Assembly: GCA_009859145.1 (NCBI GenBank)
Contig: VRVR01000018.1
Location: forward strand, 253,688-317,687
From: Andalucia godoyi And28
Taxonomy: Eukaryota; Protista; Jakobida
DNA length: 64,000 bases
Direction: 5' to 3'
Below are positions 22,001 to 32,103 of this stretch, piece after piece; positions within the stretch are counted from its first letter, which is position 1; every line of letters begins with the position of its first letter. The notes beneath the pieces were generated by a model. It worked only from the letters and a program-made list of their open reading frames with translations. It was not told the DNA's origin and ran no database searches. Both the position numbers and the translations under genes were made by a program.

Positions 22001-23557
22001 ATCATTCCCGAATGTCATGCCTCGCTGCACCGAATAGAACTCAAGGGCATCATACGCAGCATGAGTGTCCAGGATGAAGTTCGTGGCACGACCCGAGTCC
22101 CGTGATTGAGGACTGTTATGATGTCCGGTCATGAAGTTCAGATGCGATGAGACAGCCGCATCGCTCCCAAAAGGATATACACCGGAACTCGAAGAGCCGC
22201 CAGCAGAACCCGGACTCGGCGTGGATGCACCAGATGCCGCCGCCGACACCGCCGACGAAGATCCAGAAGCCGCAGCAGACGCATAGCCAGACATGTCCGA
22301 CAGCGCTAACAATACAAAGGAGGATCGCAAAGCAACTTCGTGAAATGCAAATCCTCGGGCCAGGATGCTTTCGAGGAGTGCCCAAGGCAGGAAAGAGGTC
22401 AGCGATCCACTGAATCCAAACGAGTGACCCAGCTGTGCAAATCGAAACCACCGGTCCACGGAGGGAACATAACGCAAAGAAAGAGTCCGATCCCCGGACA
22501 ACGTTGCGGCCCATTTCCAAATACTGCCGTTCTCGTACTCGACAGAAAACTCTGAAACGCCTGGTTCCCAAAAGATCTTGCGAACGGGACTGGAGCAACC
22601 AAACGCCGAAGAAAAGCAATGCGCATTATGCAGATTATAAAGACGAGCTACACCGTCCGAATGACCTAAAGCGAGAATCCTCGCATTTTCGAAAATGATG
22701 AACGCGCAACATGTCACAAACGGAACATTATGTCCTCTTGGCGGAAACGACATAACCGGTGAAATGTGGCTTCCTTTGTCTTTTGCAGAAATTGAAAACA
22801 AATAAGCACCCTCTCCAAACAAGATAAACGACATCTGGTCACGATCAGCAGGCTGAGCAATTGTCGTTTGGGGAAGCAAGCCATTCAGAACGTTGCATTC
22901 CGATATTCCACAGACGTTTTTCACATTTTCACAGATGCGTTCCGAGACTGTTGCACCACCGCAAAGGATAGAAACACACAAGTATCGCTGTCGAAATCCG
23001 AGAAAGAGCGCAACCTTTCTCGAAGGACAAGAGCAAACACCAAGAACCCTGAGGGGGTCTTTGGACTTTTGGTCTGCAACTGCGAGTGTTTCGCTGCCAA
23101 AGCTCGCTGCTAGTCTCCCTCTGTGTGCATGCGCATGATTATCCAATGCAGCCCAGCCGTTGTGAAATGCAGACTGGAAATCCGTTTGGAACCCAAGGAC
23201 ACACTTCACGAAACCACGAAGGTAGACTCCAGTCCACAGCTCGAAAAACACCTGAAAGTAAAACGCATCTCGATCTGGAGCAGGCAGCTGTTCCACAGAG
23301 ATCTGGAATTCCCGAAATATGAGATACCTCCAGAGACCATCTAGATGATGTACGAAGATGTGCTCTTTGCACACGTATCTGAAGTTAAAGATCGTGGATA
23401 CATTGCAAAACGCAAACATCCGACCAAGACAACTTGGAGGGAGTCGCAAGAAAACGCCATTGTCAAACGCACCACCTTCACAACCACCACCAATACTGCT
23501 ACTGCTACTGCTACTGCTACTCCTGCTCATTGGCAAAGAAGACGTATTCAAATTCAT
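19073..23557 (-). CDS. Large F-box protein (about 1,490 aa) with a probable beta-propeller after the F-box
   Basis: FLRLPPSCLGRMFAFCNVSTIFNFRYVCK...LWRYLIFREF (F-box); WD-like ALGHSDGVARLYNL and VEYENGSIWKW. The rest is unrecognised. Confidence 0.7.
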   Translation of the reverse strand: MNLNTSSLPMSRSSSSSSSSSIGGGCEGGAFDNGVFLRLPPSCLGRMFAFCNVSTIFNFRYVCKEHIFVHHLDGLWRYLIFREFQISVEQLPAPDRDAFYFQVFFELWTGVYLRGFVKCVLGFQTDFQSAFHNGWAALDNHAHAHRGRLAASFGSETLAVADQKSKDPLRVLGVCSCPSRKVALFLGFRQRYLCVSILCGGATVSERICENVKNVCGISECNVLNGLLPQTTIAQPADRDQMSFILFGEGAYLFSISAKDKGSHISPVMSFPPRGHNVPFVTCCAFIIFENARILALGHSDGVARLYNLHNAHCFSSAFGCSSPVRKIFWEPGVSEFSVEYENGSIWKWAATLSGDRTLSLRYVPSVDRWFRFAQLGHSFGFSGSLTSFLPWALLESILARGFAFHEVALRSSFVLLALSDMSGYASAAASGSSSAVSAAASGASTPSPGSAGGSSSSGVYPFGSDAAVSSHLNFMTGHHNSPQSRDSGRATNFILDTHAAYDALEFYSVQRGMTFGNDWLLDNIRSCLDHVGFGEGASIAADLKVLLKTLSDVSTFRVACSLLWKYISANLSRSFELKFVYNHVFDVQFSVDCFERLIIAEVLAETAMSSITALVNGPARKNQVETLQDLVRFGIAFGLFADVPAFRSSFERSFPNYGSGPRASGMVTFDNCKLTMNVDGQRTFFGSSSSRDEKLSVFMTFMKLVEPSVSSRPLPLQFPAIDVTSFFVASLISVSSSSLEPCPRPASLEFWMDHMKSKQEICREVLEARTLKSSFLSPVPQEFALLVSDPEPRHATTATTATTTTTASASAERRESRSLMAQPDRLSADGPKSTSAVIRDIMTYAQVLLKVIRKRVEAAKMAAPTPERSESQSGLSSSSSLSSSPSSVPCDSYFDRAMAARARNGQPPKNTNGGRTTPKDACRSLFGQSASPSITYGVARSLGSAFASDSSASKEFAWYIQVSAAGATPRRHAETLLVLALASYFDHYVPISRRDVSVFLDVDEGSSPDQHLVLLSRVWQSPCTPFFLRNHTRRILSLRKLNGSSVKSLAEVTTPNAEKAVDIGPTLVRASRPRGEAQPDVHAFSDSLNEDSASLDKYAEEMSTHYRKRRDTTHPEYIRRTQAARPSNAAVARWKDHVPGMVTRKVMFGSVDLQSLRQDIVYLFRLIRSNSRAVCCIRLGKLTWLDVPKHMVQGVASNMAVFPGLVCASPKPVLRSAFDPFLHLRELSFLLQVADKEGFVLSQASTTVARATFRIIDRSWHTSWMLVCVLEADVLCAVVSLPPQHEWKCSFVSSGRMLDRQLELIVRPPAVFKITLDILTKEIRCEMSPEGFEDLRKYTRLYCKNREELQTGVAEVVSFCSQFLTANCNLFASSRSRSGLFNAASDNEKSVSLSFDVPKAFGFISQLPSRRFFLAHTQASFSQSFPHAVEPYAVVLEECIQECGQLRDRGFQTHIERSMNDGFDCDSCSIEEVLDELSGVAKASQGFRWFRGT

Positions 23558-23885
23558 GTGGTAGTCATCGCTCAGCTCTGAATGCTCAATTGTAAGCAGA
23601 CAGCACAAGAAATAAGAAGCAAAAATACATATGTGTACATTTGTACAGTATCAAAACAAAACCAAAAAATTTAATGGATCTTCTTTGGTTTTGTATGGGT
23701 TTCCAGCGTCTACAACAGGCTGCTGAGCTGGTGGTGATCCGGCGGGAAAACAAAAATTTGTTTCCGCAGAGCTTGCAAAGCTTCTCTCTCTCGGCTTAAG
23801 GAGCGTTGTTTGCTCAGGAGATTTTTATTGACCAATTAAAATCAAAAAAATATAGTGATCGTTTGTTTGCTGTTCAAACTGAAAG

Positions 23886-25112
23886 ATGAATATGAAGGAA
23901 CCTTTGCTAGTGTCGGGTTCGTCGACTGCGCTTGACGGTGAAGCGCCGGTTTTCCGAGCTGGGGCTTCGATGTTGGAGATGCTGATGCGTTTTGGAGCGC
24001 TTTCTCCGATGGCGCCGGCAAACATGCCCTTGTCATACTGCTATCTGACGCTGTTCCTGTGCGTTCATTCCATTGTGCTGGTGTGTTCTGTTGTTGCATT
24101 GTTTGGCGGAACATCAGACTTTGGAGTGGCCGCAGGATACTTTTTGTGGGCTGCGTTTGTAGCCATTCAGCTGTTCTGCACGTTCTTCACCATGAAGAAA
24201 CACGGAGGAAGACTCCGCAGCTTCTACGCGGGTATGTGCTCCACTTCAGAAGATGCACGGCTCCTGGAGTGCGACATCCGTTCCTTGTTGATTGTCCTTC
24301 TATTCGCCTGGACCATCAACGTTGTCTCTTTCGGAGTGATTGTCTTTTCCGGGTTGGATTTTCCGTTTGTCACCGACATGGCGTTTGGAAATGTCCTTTG
24401 GCTCAGGATCTTGCTCTGGATCTGCGTGATGCCCGTTTCGCTTTCGTGGCTGCTTCCTTGCGTGTTGCTCGCCAGCATATTTCGTGGCGTGGAACGTAAG
24501 CTGTCTCAGATTTCCGCCGAAGTGGAAAAACACTGCCAGTGCACAGATGCAAACTTGCCGTTTCCATTGCTTCCTCACAGCATCGACGGCTCTCAGTGCA
24601 GCGACGATGGAGATTTATTGCTGCGGGTCGTGCAGCAACTGGATGGCTATGTGTCGTTTGTGCAGTATTTCAACAAGAAGACGGTTCACGTGCTGGCGGT
24701 CTCGATTCTTTTCAATGCTGGAGTCGGGGTCTTTGAGGCAGCAGTGCTGATCCGTCTGGTAGGGGAGTCGGCGACAAACACTCACTCTCGAAACGTGCTG
24801 TTCATGGTTCTGTTCTGGTTTCTCTGTTCGCTAGTGTATCTGCTTGTGATCTTGTGGTTTGGTGCCTCGGTCAACACCCGCGCAACGTATCTTGTGCAGT
24901 ACATCCTTGATTCTCCAGCTTTCTCTCGCAGGAATTCCACTGCAGAATTTCTCGAAACGTCACACACGGTGGACGCCATTCTGAAGAGACATGCAGCCAA
25001 TCGACATGCGTTCACTGCCTCTGGTCTTCCTCTGACTCGATCGCTTTTATTCCGTGTTTTTTCCATCTCGATAACATTCATCTTGTTTCTCGCCAATTTG
25101 CGGTTTTTCTAG
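23886..25112 (+). CDS. Gustatory-receptor-like (GRL/7TMIC) multi-pass membrane protein
   Basis: 408 aa, about 7 hydrophobic segments, long loop after TM4, C-terminal AFTASGLPLTRSLLFRVFSISITFILFLANLRFF resembling the GR TM7 signature. Confidence 0.6.
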   Translation: MNMKEPLLVSGSSTALDGEAPVFRAGASMLEMLMRFGALSPMAPANMPLSYCYLTLFLCVHSIVLVCSVVALFGGTSDFGVAAGYFLWAAFVAIQLFCTFFTMKKHGGRLRSFYAGMCSTSEDARLLECDIRSLLIVLLFAWTINVVSFGVIVFSGLDFPFVTDMAFGNVLWLRILLWICVMPVSLSWLLPCVLLASIFRGVERKLSQISAEVEKHCQCTDANLPFPLLPHSIDGSQCSDDGDLLLRVVQQLDGYVSFVQYFNKKTVHVLAVSILFNAGVGVFEAAVLIRLVGESATNTHSRNVLFMVLFWFLCSLVYLLVILWFGASVNTRATYLVQYILDSPAFSRRNSTAEFLETSHTVDAILKRHAANRHAFTASGLPLTRSLLFRVFSISITFILFLANLRFF

Positions 25113-26315
25113 ACCTTCCCCTCCTCTTCCATCACCACCACACACCATCTTTTTCTCTTTTTCTAATTTATGAATACCATCAATAGTCTTGTTGCCCATT
25201 TCCGCACAGCAGGTTATAAAATTGATTATTGCTTTTTAAAAAATCGTCATTCACGTCCGCACTCCACAGTAAATCTTGCTTGTATGGCCGCGTGCGTCGT
25301 TAAATTTAAAAAAAATTAAACACACTAAATAAATCTTCAAAAAAGATCGTTGTGTTTTCCAGACAAGAGATTGTCGATCTGCTCGCCGAAGCATGAATCA
25401 TTATTGATCATCATCGGCTGAGCTGTCACCAAAGACAGATCCAATTTGGGGCGATCACTAACGCTACATCAAAGGATCGTCGCAACCAACATATTCCCCA
25501 ATTGATTCAACATTCTAAAATGAACGTTGGAGAAAACAGAATATCGTCGGCGATATTACACATCGAATGCGAAAATTCTCTGACGACGCAATTGCCTCTG
25601 CTCCTTCTTGTTCTCTGACTTGAAAGCACGCATCCCGAACGCAATTGATCGCATCTTTGCGATTAAAAATATCTTGTTCTTCGCCTCCGACCAGAGAGGA
25701 TCAACGGGTTTCGAGGATCAACGGGTTTCTTGGTTCTCGGCATCTTCGGACATGGCCAGTTTGAGTTTTCTGGGAAGATCCCTCTTTGGAGTCATGAGAT
25801 GTTCTGTCTCTGATGCGGTCCTGCTTGAGGGATCGATTACGAAAAACCAAACAAATCAGAAAATAATGGAAAGAAGAAGAAAAAGTGAAGAATGAAATGA
25901 AATTCTCGACTTGACTACGGTAAGACAATCGGATTCCCGTAGTCAGGCAAGTCTTTTCGCTCTTGGCGCGTCATTCCTGTCATCCCCACTCTGACAGCTG
26001 ACATAACAGCTCAAAAAAAAGCCGACAAAACGCAATTCAAATCCTGTGTCTCCGTTTTCGCAGTCCACAGTTCTCACTCACTCACTTGACTCTGTTTCTC
26101 AAATGTTTTCTTCTTCTCTTCCTCTTCTTTTCGATTTAGTTTCTCCCTTCTTTGTCTTCTTTCTCCCCCCCACCTCTCCTTCTTCTTAGTGGTCGCTCAC
26201 GCTGTCAAACGCCAGAATTTCTGCCCCGCTTTGCTGTGAATCCTTTTTTGGTGTTATAGATTGCTGAATACGGAAGGAAACAGCAGAAGAAAAATAAGAA
26301 GAAGAAGAAGAGGAA

Positions 26316-26966
26316 ATGTCTGACGCATCAAAGACTGTGCAAAGTCCCTCCACAACAGAACCGACGACGACGACGTCGAACAGCACGAGCAGCAGTAGTA
26401 GTGCTGGTAACAACGGTAGCGCGCCTGCGTTTAAGCCGTTTGTGTTTTCGTTCAGCACTCCGGCATCGTTTTCGAATGCCGTGCCGGTTGCGAAGGCGGA
26501 CGAGGAAGAGGATGGAGGAGACGAGGATGTTGAGGCGGAGGCTGCGATTGAGTTTGCACCGCAGATTGCAGTTTCCGACCGTGTGGAGGCGAATTTGAAC
26601 GAGGAACACGAGGAAGAGCTGCTGAAGGACAAGGCGAAGCTCTTTCGCTGGGACAAGCCAAGCGGTCAGTGGAAGGAACGCGGGTCGGGTGATGTCAAGA
26701 TCCTCAAGCACAAGGAGTCCCACAAGGTCCGCATTCTGATGCGCAGAGATCAGACGCTCAAGATCTGTGCAAACCACTACATCACCAAGAACATGAAGCT
26801 TCAGGAGAACAAGGGCTCTGATAAAGCGTGGTCGTATGCCGTCACGGCCGACTTTTCCGAGGAAGTCCCCAGCAAGGAACTCTTCTGCATCAAGCTCAAG
26901 TCCAAGGAGTCTGCCGCACAGTGGAAGCAAGTCTTTGACAAGGCCGCTGCCGACTCTTCCGAGTAA
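26316..26966 (+). CDS. RANBP1: Ran-binding protein 1 (RanBD)
   Basis: EEELLKDKAKLFRWD..WKERGSGDVKILKH...RILMRRDQTLKICANH...SDKAW motifs. Confidence 0.95.
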   Translation: MSDASKTVQSPSTTEPTTTTSNSTSSSSSAGNNGSAPAFKPFVFSFSTPASFSNAVPVAKADEEEDGGDEDVEAEAAIEFAPQIAVSDRVEANLNEEHEEELLKDKAKLFRWDKPSGQWKERGSGDVKILKHKESHKVRILMRRDQTLKICANHYITKNMKLQENKGSDKAWSYAVTADFSEEVPSKELFCIKLKSKESAAQWKQVFDKAAADSSE

Positions 26967-27277
26967 ATATCCATCAACACCCGTGAATCAGAAGGAAACC
27001 GAAAAAGAAGAAATGAACAAAACTATCTCTCAAATACAAGAGCACATCATCGAAATCTTTTTCATGTTTTTTAAATGTTGCATATATTTTGGACTGTTTT
27101 CTTTTTTTCTGCATGTAATTTTATTGCTTGATTCACCGATTTCAGTTTCTCCTACTTTTCTTCTTGTTTTTTTCCCCCCCTTTCTCTTTTCCTTCTTCTT
27201 CTTTGCAGCAGCAGAAGCCTGGTGCTGTTACCATTCAGGGTGGGACTGCAAGACAACTCCAGCAAGACGGCTTCTTG

Positions 27278-28114
27278 TTACGCATGCTTTTCAGAGTGAG
27301 CGGCATCCTGGTGCGAGTCGTCGTCCTTCTTCTCCTCGAGTGCGTCGAGCTGTCTCTTTGTTTCCTCTTCCATGCGTCGGATATCGACCATTGTGAGACC
27401 GTGCCACTCGTCGATCCAAGTAAAAACCTGTTTGTGGAACTTGAGAAAGACGCCGCGCTGTGACGTGACGATGTTATGTTCGACCTTGGACTGAAGCCCC
27501 CACTGCTTGAACTCTGCAACGACGAGCTTGTATGCCGTCATGATGGGAGTCTTTTCGGTCTGTTGCTGCCACCCCTTCTCCAGTGGACCACGCCCAGTCT
27601 TTGTTGATTTGAACAAGGCAGGATCTTCCTCTGCCTTGTAGTCCTTCTTTTCTGGCAGCGGGTCCAGTGCAATGTCAATGAAGTCGACTTCTCGCATCGC
27701 AAGCATCTCGTCCGACAGCTTGTGGACATTCTCTTGCGACCCTGCGTCCTGCACATGCAGTGTCTGCACAAGAATCGAAAGCTTCTTTGCAAAGTACTCG
27801 CATGTCAGAACAGTCTTGCAGAACGGATACGCATTCCATGCGTCTTCCTGCAGCTTCAGCATCGATTTCGGTGCAATTGCCCTGATCCATCCAGGAACTC
27901 GATTCCCAATATGATAGATCTTGTGCGTATACTGCCCTTTCTCCACACTCCCATCCTCAAGTGTCTTCTCATAAGGCTCGTTCTTCAAAATCTCAACTCC
28001 GTCTCCCTTTGCAGACGTTTCTTGTCGAGACGACTTTGCAACTGAATAAAGCTGTCCAATCTGGTACTCTTCCACCGTCAGCGGCAACACAACCCGGTAC
28101 TCTTTCACTCTCAT
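27278..28114 (-). CDS. PITPN: Class I phosphatidylinositol transfer protein
   Basis: KEYRVVLPLTVEEYQIGQLYSVA, GQYTHKIYH, EDAWNAYP, DPALFKSTKTGRGPL and MTAYKLV motifs. Confidence 0.96.
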   Translation of the reverse strand: MRVKEYRVVLPLTVEEYQIGQLYSVAKSSRQETSAKGDGVEILKNEPYEKTLEDGSVEKGQYTHKIYHIGNRVPGWIRAIAPKSMLKLQEDAWNAYPFCKTVLTCEYFAKKLSILVQTLHVQDAGSQENVHKLSDEMLAMREVDFIDIALDPLPEKKDYKAEEDPALFKSTKTGRGPLEKGWQQQTEKTPIMTAYKLVVAEFKQWGLQSKVEHNIVTSQRGVFLKFHKQVFTWIDEWHGLTMVDIRRMEEETKRQLDALEEKKDDDSHQDAAHSEKHA

Positions 28115-28343
28115 TCTCTTTATACAAATCCAGCAATTACCAAACGTCTTATTTCAGAAAAAAGAAACAAAAGAACCAACAATCAATCCTTCTCTTTCCC
28201 AACAACGTAACTAAAGCCAGGCCCACAAAAATTCCAACAACAAAAAAATATTTAAAAACTAAATATTAATATTAATATTTAAAAAAGAAAAAAAGAAAAA
28301 GAAGAAGCGGGGAGGAAACAACACTATCTCTTCTTTCTATTTC

Positions 28344-28384
28344 AAAAACAAAACAAAACAAAACAAAACAAAACAAAACAAAAC
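28344..28384. repeat. (CAAAA)n pentanucleotide repeat, intergenic
   Basis: Seen directly in the sequence. Confidence 0.9.
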
Positions 28385-28906
28385 ACGACACGTAGAAAAA
28401 GAACGAATCTCGCTGTTCAGTTTAGTAATTGGGAACAAATAATAAGAATAATCTGGAAATTATATAATAATCTAGTTATAAAAATGAGAAGAGGGAACAA
28501 AACTATGCAGGAAAAAGCAAGGACTGGCGACGACCTCTATTGAAGAGGGTGACAGGATCGCGCCCAAGGAAGGATCGAGCAACCGAGGGGAAAATTGACT
28601 TCGAGATAGCACGCTAGACACTGCACGATACACAAAGCTTTATTATTATTATTATTGTGTCGTGAATGCAGTTTGAGTACCTTCACTTGATGCAAGGGTG
28701 CTTGTTTTATTCTCCTGGTATTCATACACACAAAAGGGTGCCACATGCTGACTCTCCCAACAACAATCTAATGAGAGACTGAGAGACCCGAGCTGGTGAT
28801 TTGATTAAGAACAAGGAAGCAGGTGTAGGTAGACAACGCGGAATTTTTCACAGAAGAGGATAAGGGGACCAAAAAAAAAAAGAAAAAGAAAAAAGAAAAG
28901 AAAGGG

Positions 28907-30127
28907 ATGATTGATACGACGGATGCGCATGTGCAAGAAGAATCGCTTGGGGTAGACCCGTCGCTGATTCTTCCGCATCAGTCTTCTGCAGTGCCGTACT
29001 TTGCCGTCGACATTGGCGGATCGCTGATCAAAATGGTCCAGTTTGTCCCGGCGTCCACCGCTTCCACCGCCACCAACAGCGCTGCTACTACCACGGCTGG
29101 TGCCGTGTCTGGGGGCAAGTTGGTCTTTCGAAAATTCGAGACGCGAGATCTGGCTTCGTTTATCACGCATGTGCAGCGCACTCTTCTTCTGACTCCGTTG
29201 ATGGATGACGGGGGTGGGGGAGGGGAAGAAGCGAAAAAGATGATGATGACGATGACCCATGTTCGCGGGACAGGAGGCGGCTCGTTGAAACATGGGAGCA
29301 GGCTTGAGACATCGCTTGGATTGCGAGTGGAACATCGAGATGAACTGGCGTGTTTGGTCCGAGGGTCGAATTTTCTTCTTCAGCACGTTCCGCACGAGTC
29401 GTTTGTGTATGATGCAAGCAAGAGCACGTCGTCTCCAGAGCAGGCACGTGCGTTTTCGCCTGCGATTCCACCGAGTCGTGTGTTTCCTTATCTTCTCGTG
29501 AGTGTTGGGTCGGGTGTTTCGATTCTTCGTGTGGACTCGGAGGACTCGTTCACGCGAATCTCCGGGTCGTCCGTTGGTGGAGGCACCTTCTGGGGACTCT
29601 GCAGGCTGTTGACAGGTGTCGCCACGTTTGACGATGCACTTGCGCTCACGGCTCACGGAGACCATACGTCAGTGGATATGCTTGTCGGCGACATTTATGG
29701 ACGCGATTACCAGGTGGGGAAGTTGTCGGCCGATACCATTGCGTCAAGCTTTGGAAAGGCAAGCTACTTTTCCCAGGAAGAGGTTGAGGAAGTGAGGTCC
29801 GGGAAGAGAAAGGGCGCGCATGCCGATCTCGCACATGCGCTACTCGGCACCGTGTGCAACAACTTGGCCCAGATTGCGTATCTCAATGCCCAGAAGGAAA
29901 ACCTCGCCAGAATCTACTTTGGAGGATTCTTCATTCGAGACCATCCGACCACCATGGCCGCCATCTCGTGGGCCATCGGATTCTGGTCCGCGGGTGCTAT
30001 GCAGGCATACTTTTTCAGACACGAAGGATATCTCGGAGCACTCGGTGCGTTTCTCGACGACCATCCTCCTCCTCCTCCCTCTTTTTCTGCATCTGCATCT
30101 GCATCTGTTTCGAATGCATCGTTGTAA
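28907..30127 (+). CDS. PANK: Type II (eukaryotic) pantothenate kinase
   Basis: AVDIGGSLIK, DELACLVRG, PYLLVSVGSGVS, GSSVGGGTFWGL, DMLVGDIYG, IASSFGK and FFRHEGYLGALGA motifs. Confidence 0.95.
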   Translation: MIDTTDAHVQEESLGVDPSLILPHQSSAVPYFAVDIGGSLIKMVQFVPASTASTATNSAATTTAGAVSGGKLVFRKFETRDLASFITHVQRTLLLTPLMDDGGGGGEEAKKMMMTMTHVRGTGGGSLKHGSRLETSLGLRVEHRDELACLVRGSNFLLQHVPHESFVYDASKSTSSPEQARAFSPAIPPSRVFPYLLVSVGSGVSILRVDSEDSFTRISGSSVGGGTFWGLCRLLTGVATFDDALALTAHGDHTSVDMLVGDIYGRDYQVGKLSADTIASSFGKASYFSQEEVEEVRSGKRKGAHADLAHALLGTVCNNLAQIAYLNAQKENLARIYFGGFFIRDHPTTMAAISWAIGFWSAGAMQAYFFRHEGYLGALGAFLDDHPPPPPSFSASASASVSNASL

Positions 30128-30223
30128 ATTATATTTCCCACATGCTTTTCGTCTCTGCGTCTTTGTGTCTCCCTGAGCGGCTAACCTCCTGATGTTGTGA
30201 GATTCTGATTTACAGGGTTCTTT

Positions 30224-30568
30224 TCAGGCATGCTTGTCATTGGGCTTGGCTTGGCTTGGCTTGTCGATGAGGATATCAAGGGCAATGAGGTCTTGTGCAA
30301 GAGGTGTGATGTGGTCGCTCTTGACCTGAACATGCACCGGATGACGCGCATACTCCTCCAGAGCGTCTTTGGAGTCACACAGACAACGCAGCACATGGGT
30401 GTATCCTTGGTTGCGCGCCGTCGTGAAACTCTCGCGGAACGCAATCTCCGTCGTCCCTGCAATCCGTCCATTCATCCCTTCAATCGCACTCTGCAGCTCC
30501 TGCAACTCCGCCGCTGTTACCCCGACCTTTGGCTTGAACAGCACAAGATGCTCCACCACCGTCGCCAT
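30224..30568 (-). CDS. Dabb (stress-responsive A/B barrel) protein
   Basis: VEHLVLFKPK...QGYTHVL...DSKDALEEYARHPVH motif. Likely start is ATG 30568; the upstream part of the track ORF is low-complexity UTR. Confidence 0.85.
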   Translation of the reverse strand: MATVVEHLVLFKPKVGVTAAELQELQSAIEGMNGRIAGTTEIAFRESFTTARNQGYTHVLRCLCDSKDALEEYARHPVHVQVKSDHITPLAQDLIALDILIDKPSQAKPNDKHA

Positions 30569-31006
30569 GCCTCGCCGCATCATCATTCGCTCCTGGTGCT
30601 GTTCTTTTCTTCTTTTTTTTCCTGCTCTCTCTCTCGTGCCTTTTCCCTCTTCTCCTTCTTGGCCATCCGTTTGCCCTACTTCAAAATGCGGACTCATCGC
30701 CAAAAGCCACAGTCTCATTTCAAAGTTTCCCAGCGTAAAAACAGCAACAGCATCAAGCACTGTAGTCGAAGCGTAGTCGGGAACTTTCGAAAAGTGCAAA
30801 AACGATCGTAGATGACTGCGGAGAATAATCCTGCTTTTTTAGTTAAGGAACGTCGAAAAAGTCAGCGGAAACGACCGGGAAAAAAAAACGGTTCCATATT
30901 GTTCTGCGATTGCTGCGTTTTCTTTCCTTTCTTTCGTGTTTTCGCAATCGTCAAAGACTCGGGAAAAAATTGCCCTTGGCTTAGTTCAAATCTGAGAGTT
31001 GTAGAG

Positions 31007-31574
31007 ATGCGAATTGTGAGCTTGTTTGCACTGGTTTTGTGCGCTGTTCTGGTTGTCCATGTGTGTGTTGTGAGTGCGGACGACTGCAGTGGGTGTGGCG
31101 GATGCTGTGCAGATCGATGCAATTGCGTCGCGTTTGCACGGTGCAATGTCCCGCAACTTCCTAACGGCCTCGTCACATGCGCGGATAAAAAGGCTGCGGC
31201 AAACTCTAGGTCTGGACATGCTGGCTGCGTCATGTTCCGAACCGGAGGTACGTCAACTCTTCCTCATCCTTCAAATATGCTTACAGAGCATCGTTTTCTA
31301 TGATCTGAACCCAAACGCATCACGCTTTGTGTGTCAGAAGTATTTTATGATCATGATCATGATCATTATTATTATTATAATTTGTTGTTGTTGTTGTTGC
31401 TGATAATTGTTATGTTTTGATTTTGTAGATCCGACGTATTGCCATGCGGCGGTTGTCACGGGAAACAGTGGAGGAGTGCTCTCAATCAACCAAGCAAACT
31501 GGAGCCCTTGCCAATGTTCGACTGCTCAGATCAAGGAAGACGACCCGGCTATCCTTGGCTTCTGGTGCCCGTAA
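31007..31574 (+). CDS. Secreted CHAP-domain (Cys/His amidohydrolase) protein, 128 aa; two exons 31007-31247 and 31429-31574
   Basis: Signal peptide MRIVSLFALVLCAVLVVHVCVVSA; NCVAFAR (catalytic Cys). A GTACGT...TTTGTAG intron (31248-31428) restores the frame to YCHAAVV...INQANW (His and the EAN-like motif). Confidence 0.8.
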
Positions 31575-32103
31575 CGATGTCGTGATGTCGTGATGTCGTG
31601 TTGTCATGGTGTCGTGATGTACCAACATGAATTTGATGTTCTCCGTTTTCCGTTTTCCTCTTCCGTTTTGTAGTGTTTGTTTCAGCAGTTTTCGTGATGT
31701 AAAGATGTAGGAGACACTGTTCTTTTTATTTTCTTCTCTTTTCTGAAGAGTCCTTTGGTTGCTGGCTGGTTGCGCACGTCAGCACGTGTGACTGCGGACA
31801 TGCAAGCAGCGACCTGGTCGTAATTCTCCCGTGGGCTGCCTGCCATCCGCGGTCCACTCAGGTTTGCCCAGCGCTTCCAAGCTGTTTGCTACAACGCGGA
31901 AGCTTTATCGGAGGTTTTTTGCTTTCATATTCTTGTCTTTTGGGGAAACTTCGCTTGGATGGCTGGTGCATCGCGGGGAACGAGAGCGAGAAAGAAAACA
32001 CACAAGGAGAGAAGGGAAGAAGAGAAGTGCTTTCGCAATTTTCTATTCTATTCTTTTCCTTTTCTTTTGCTCAGCAACGCCGCAGCGTACTTTGACAGAC
32101 TCG

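Noticed and set aside
28537-28746. Small minus-strand ORF with a possible 60-nt GT-AG intron
   Set aside because: No recognisable product in any frame; may be PITP 5' UTR.
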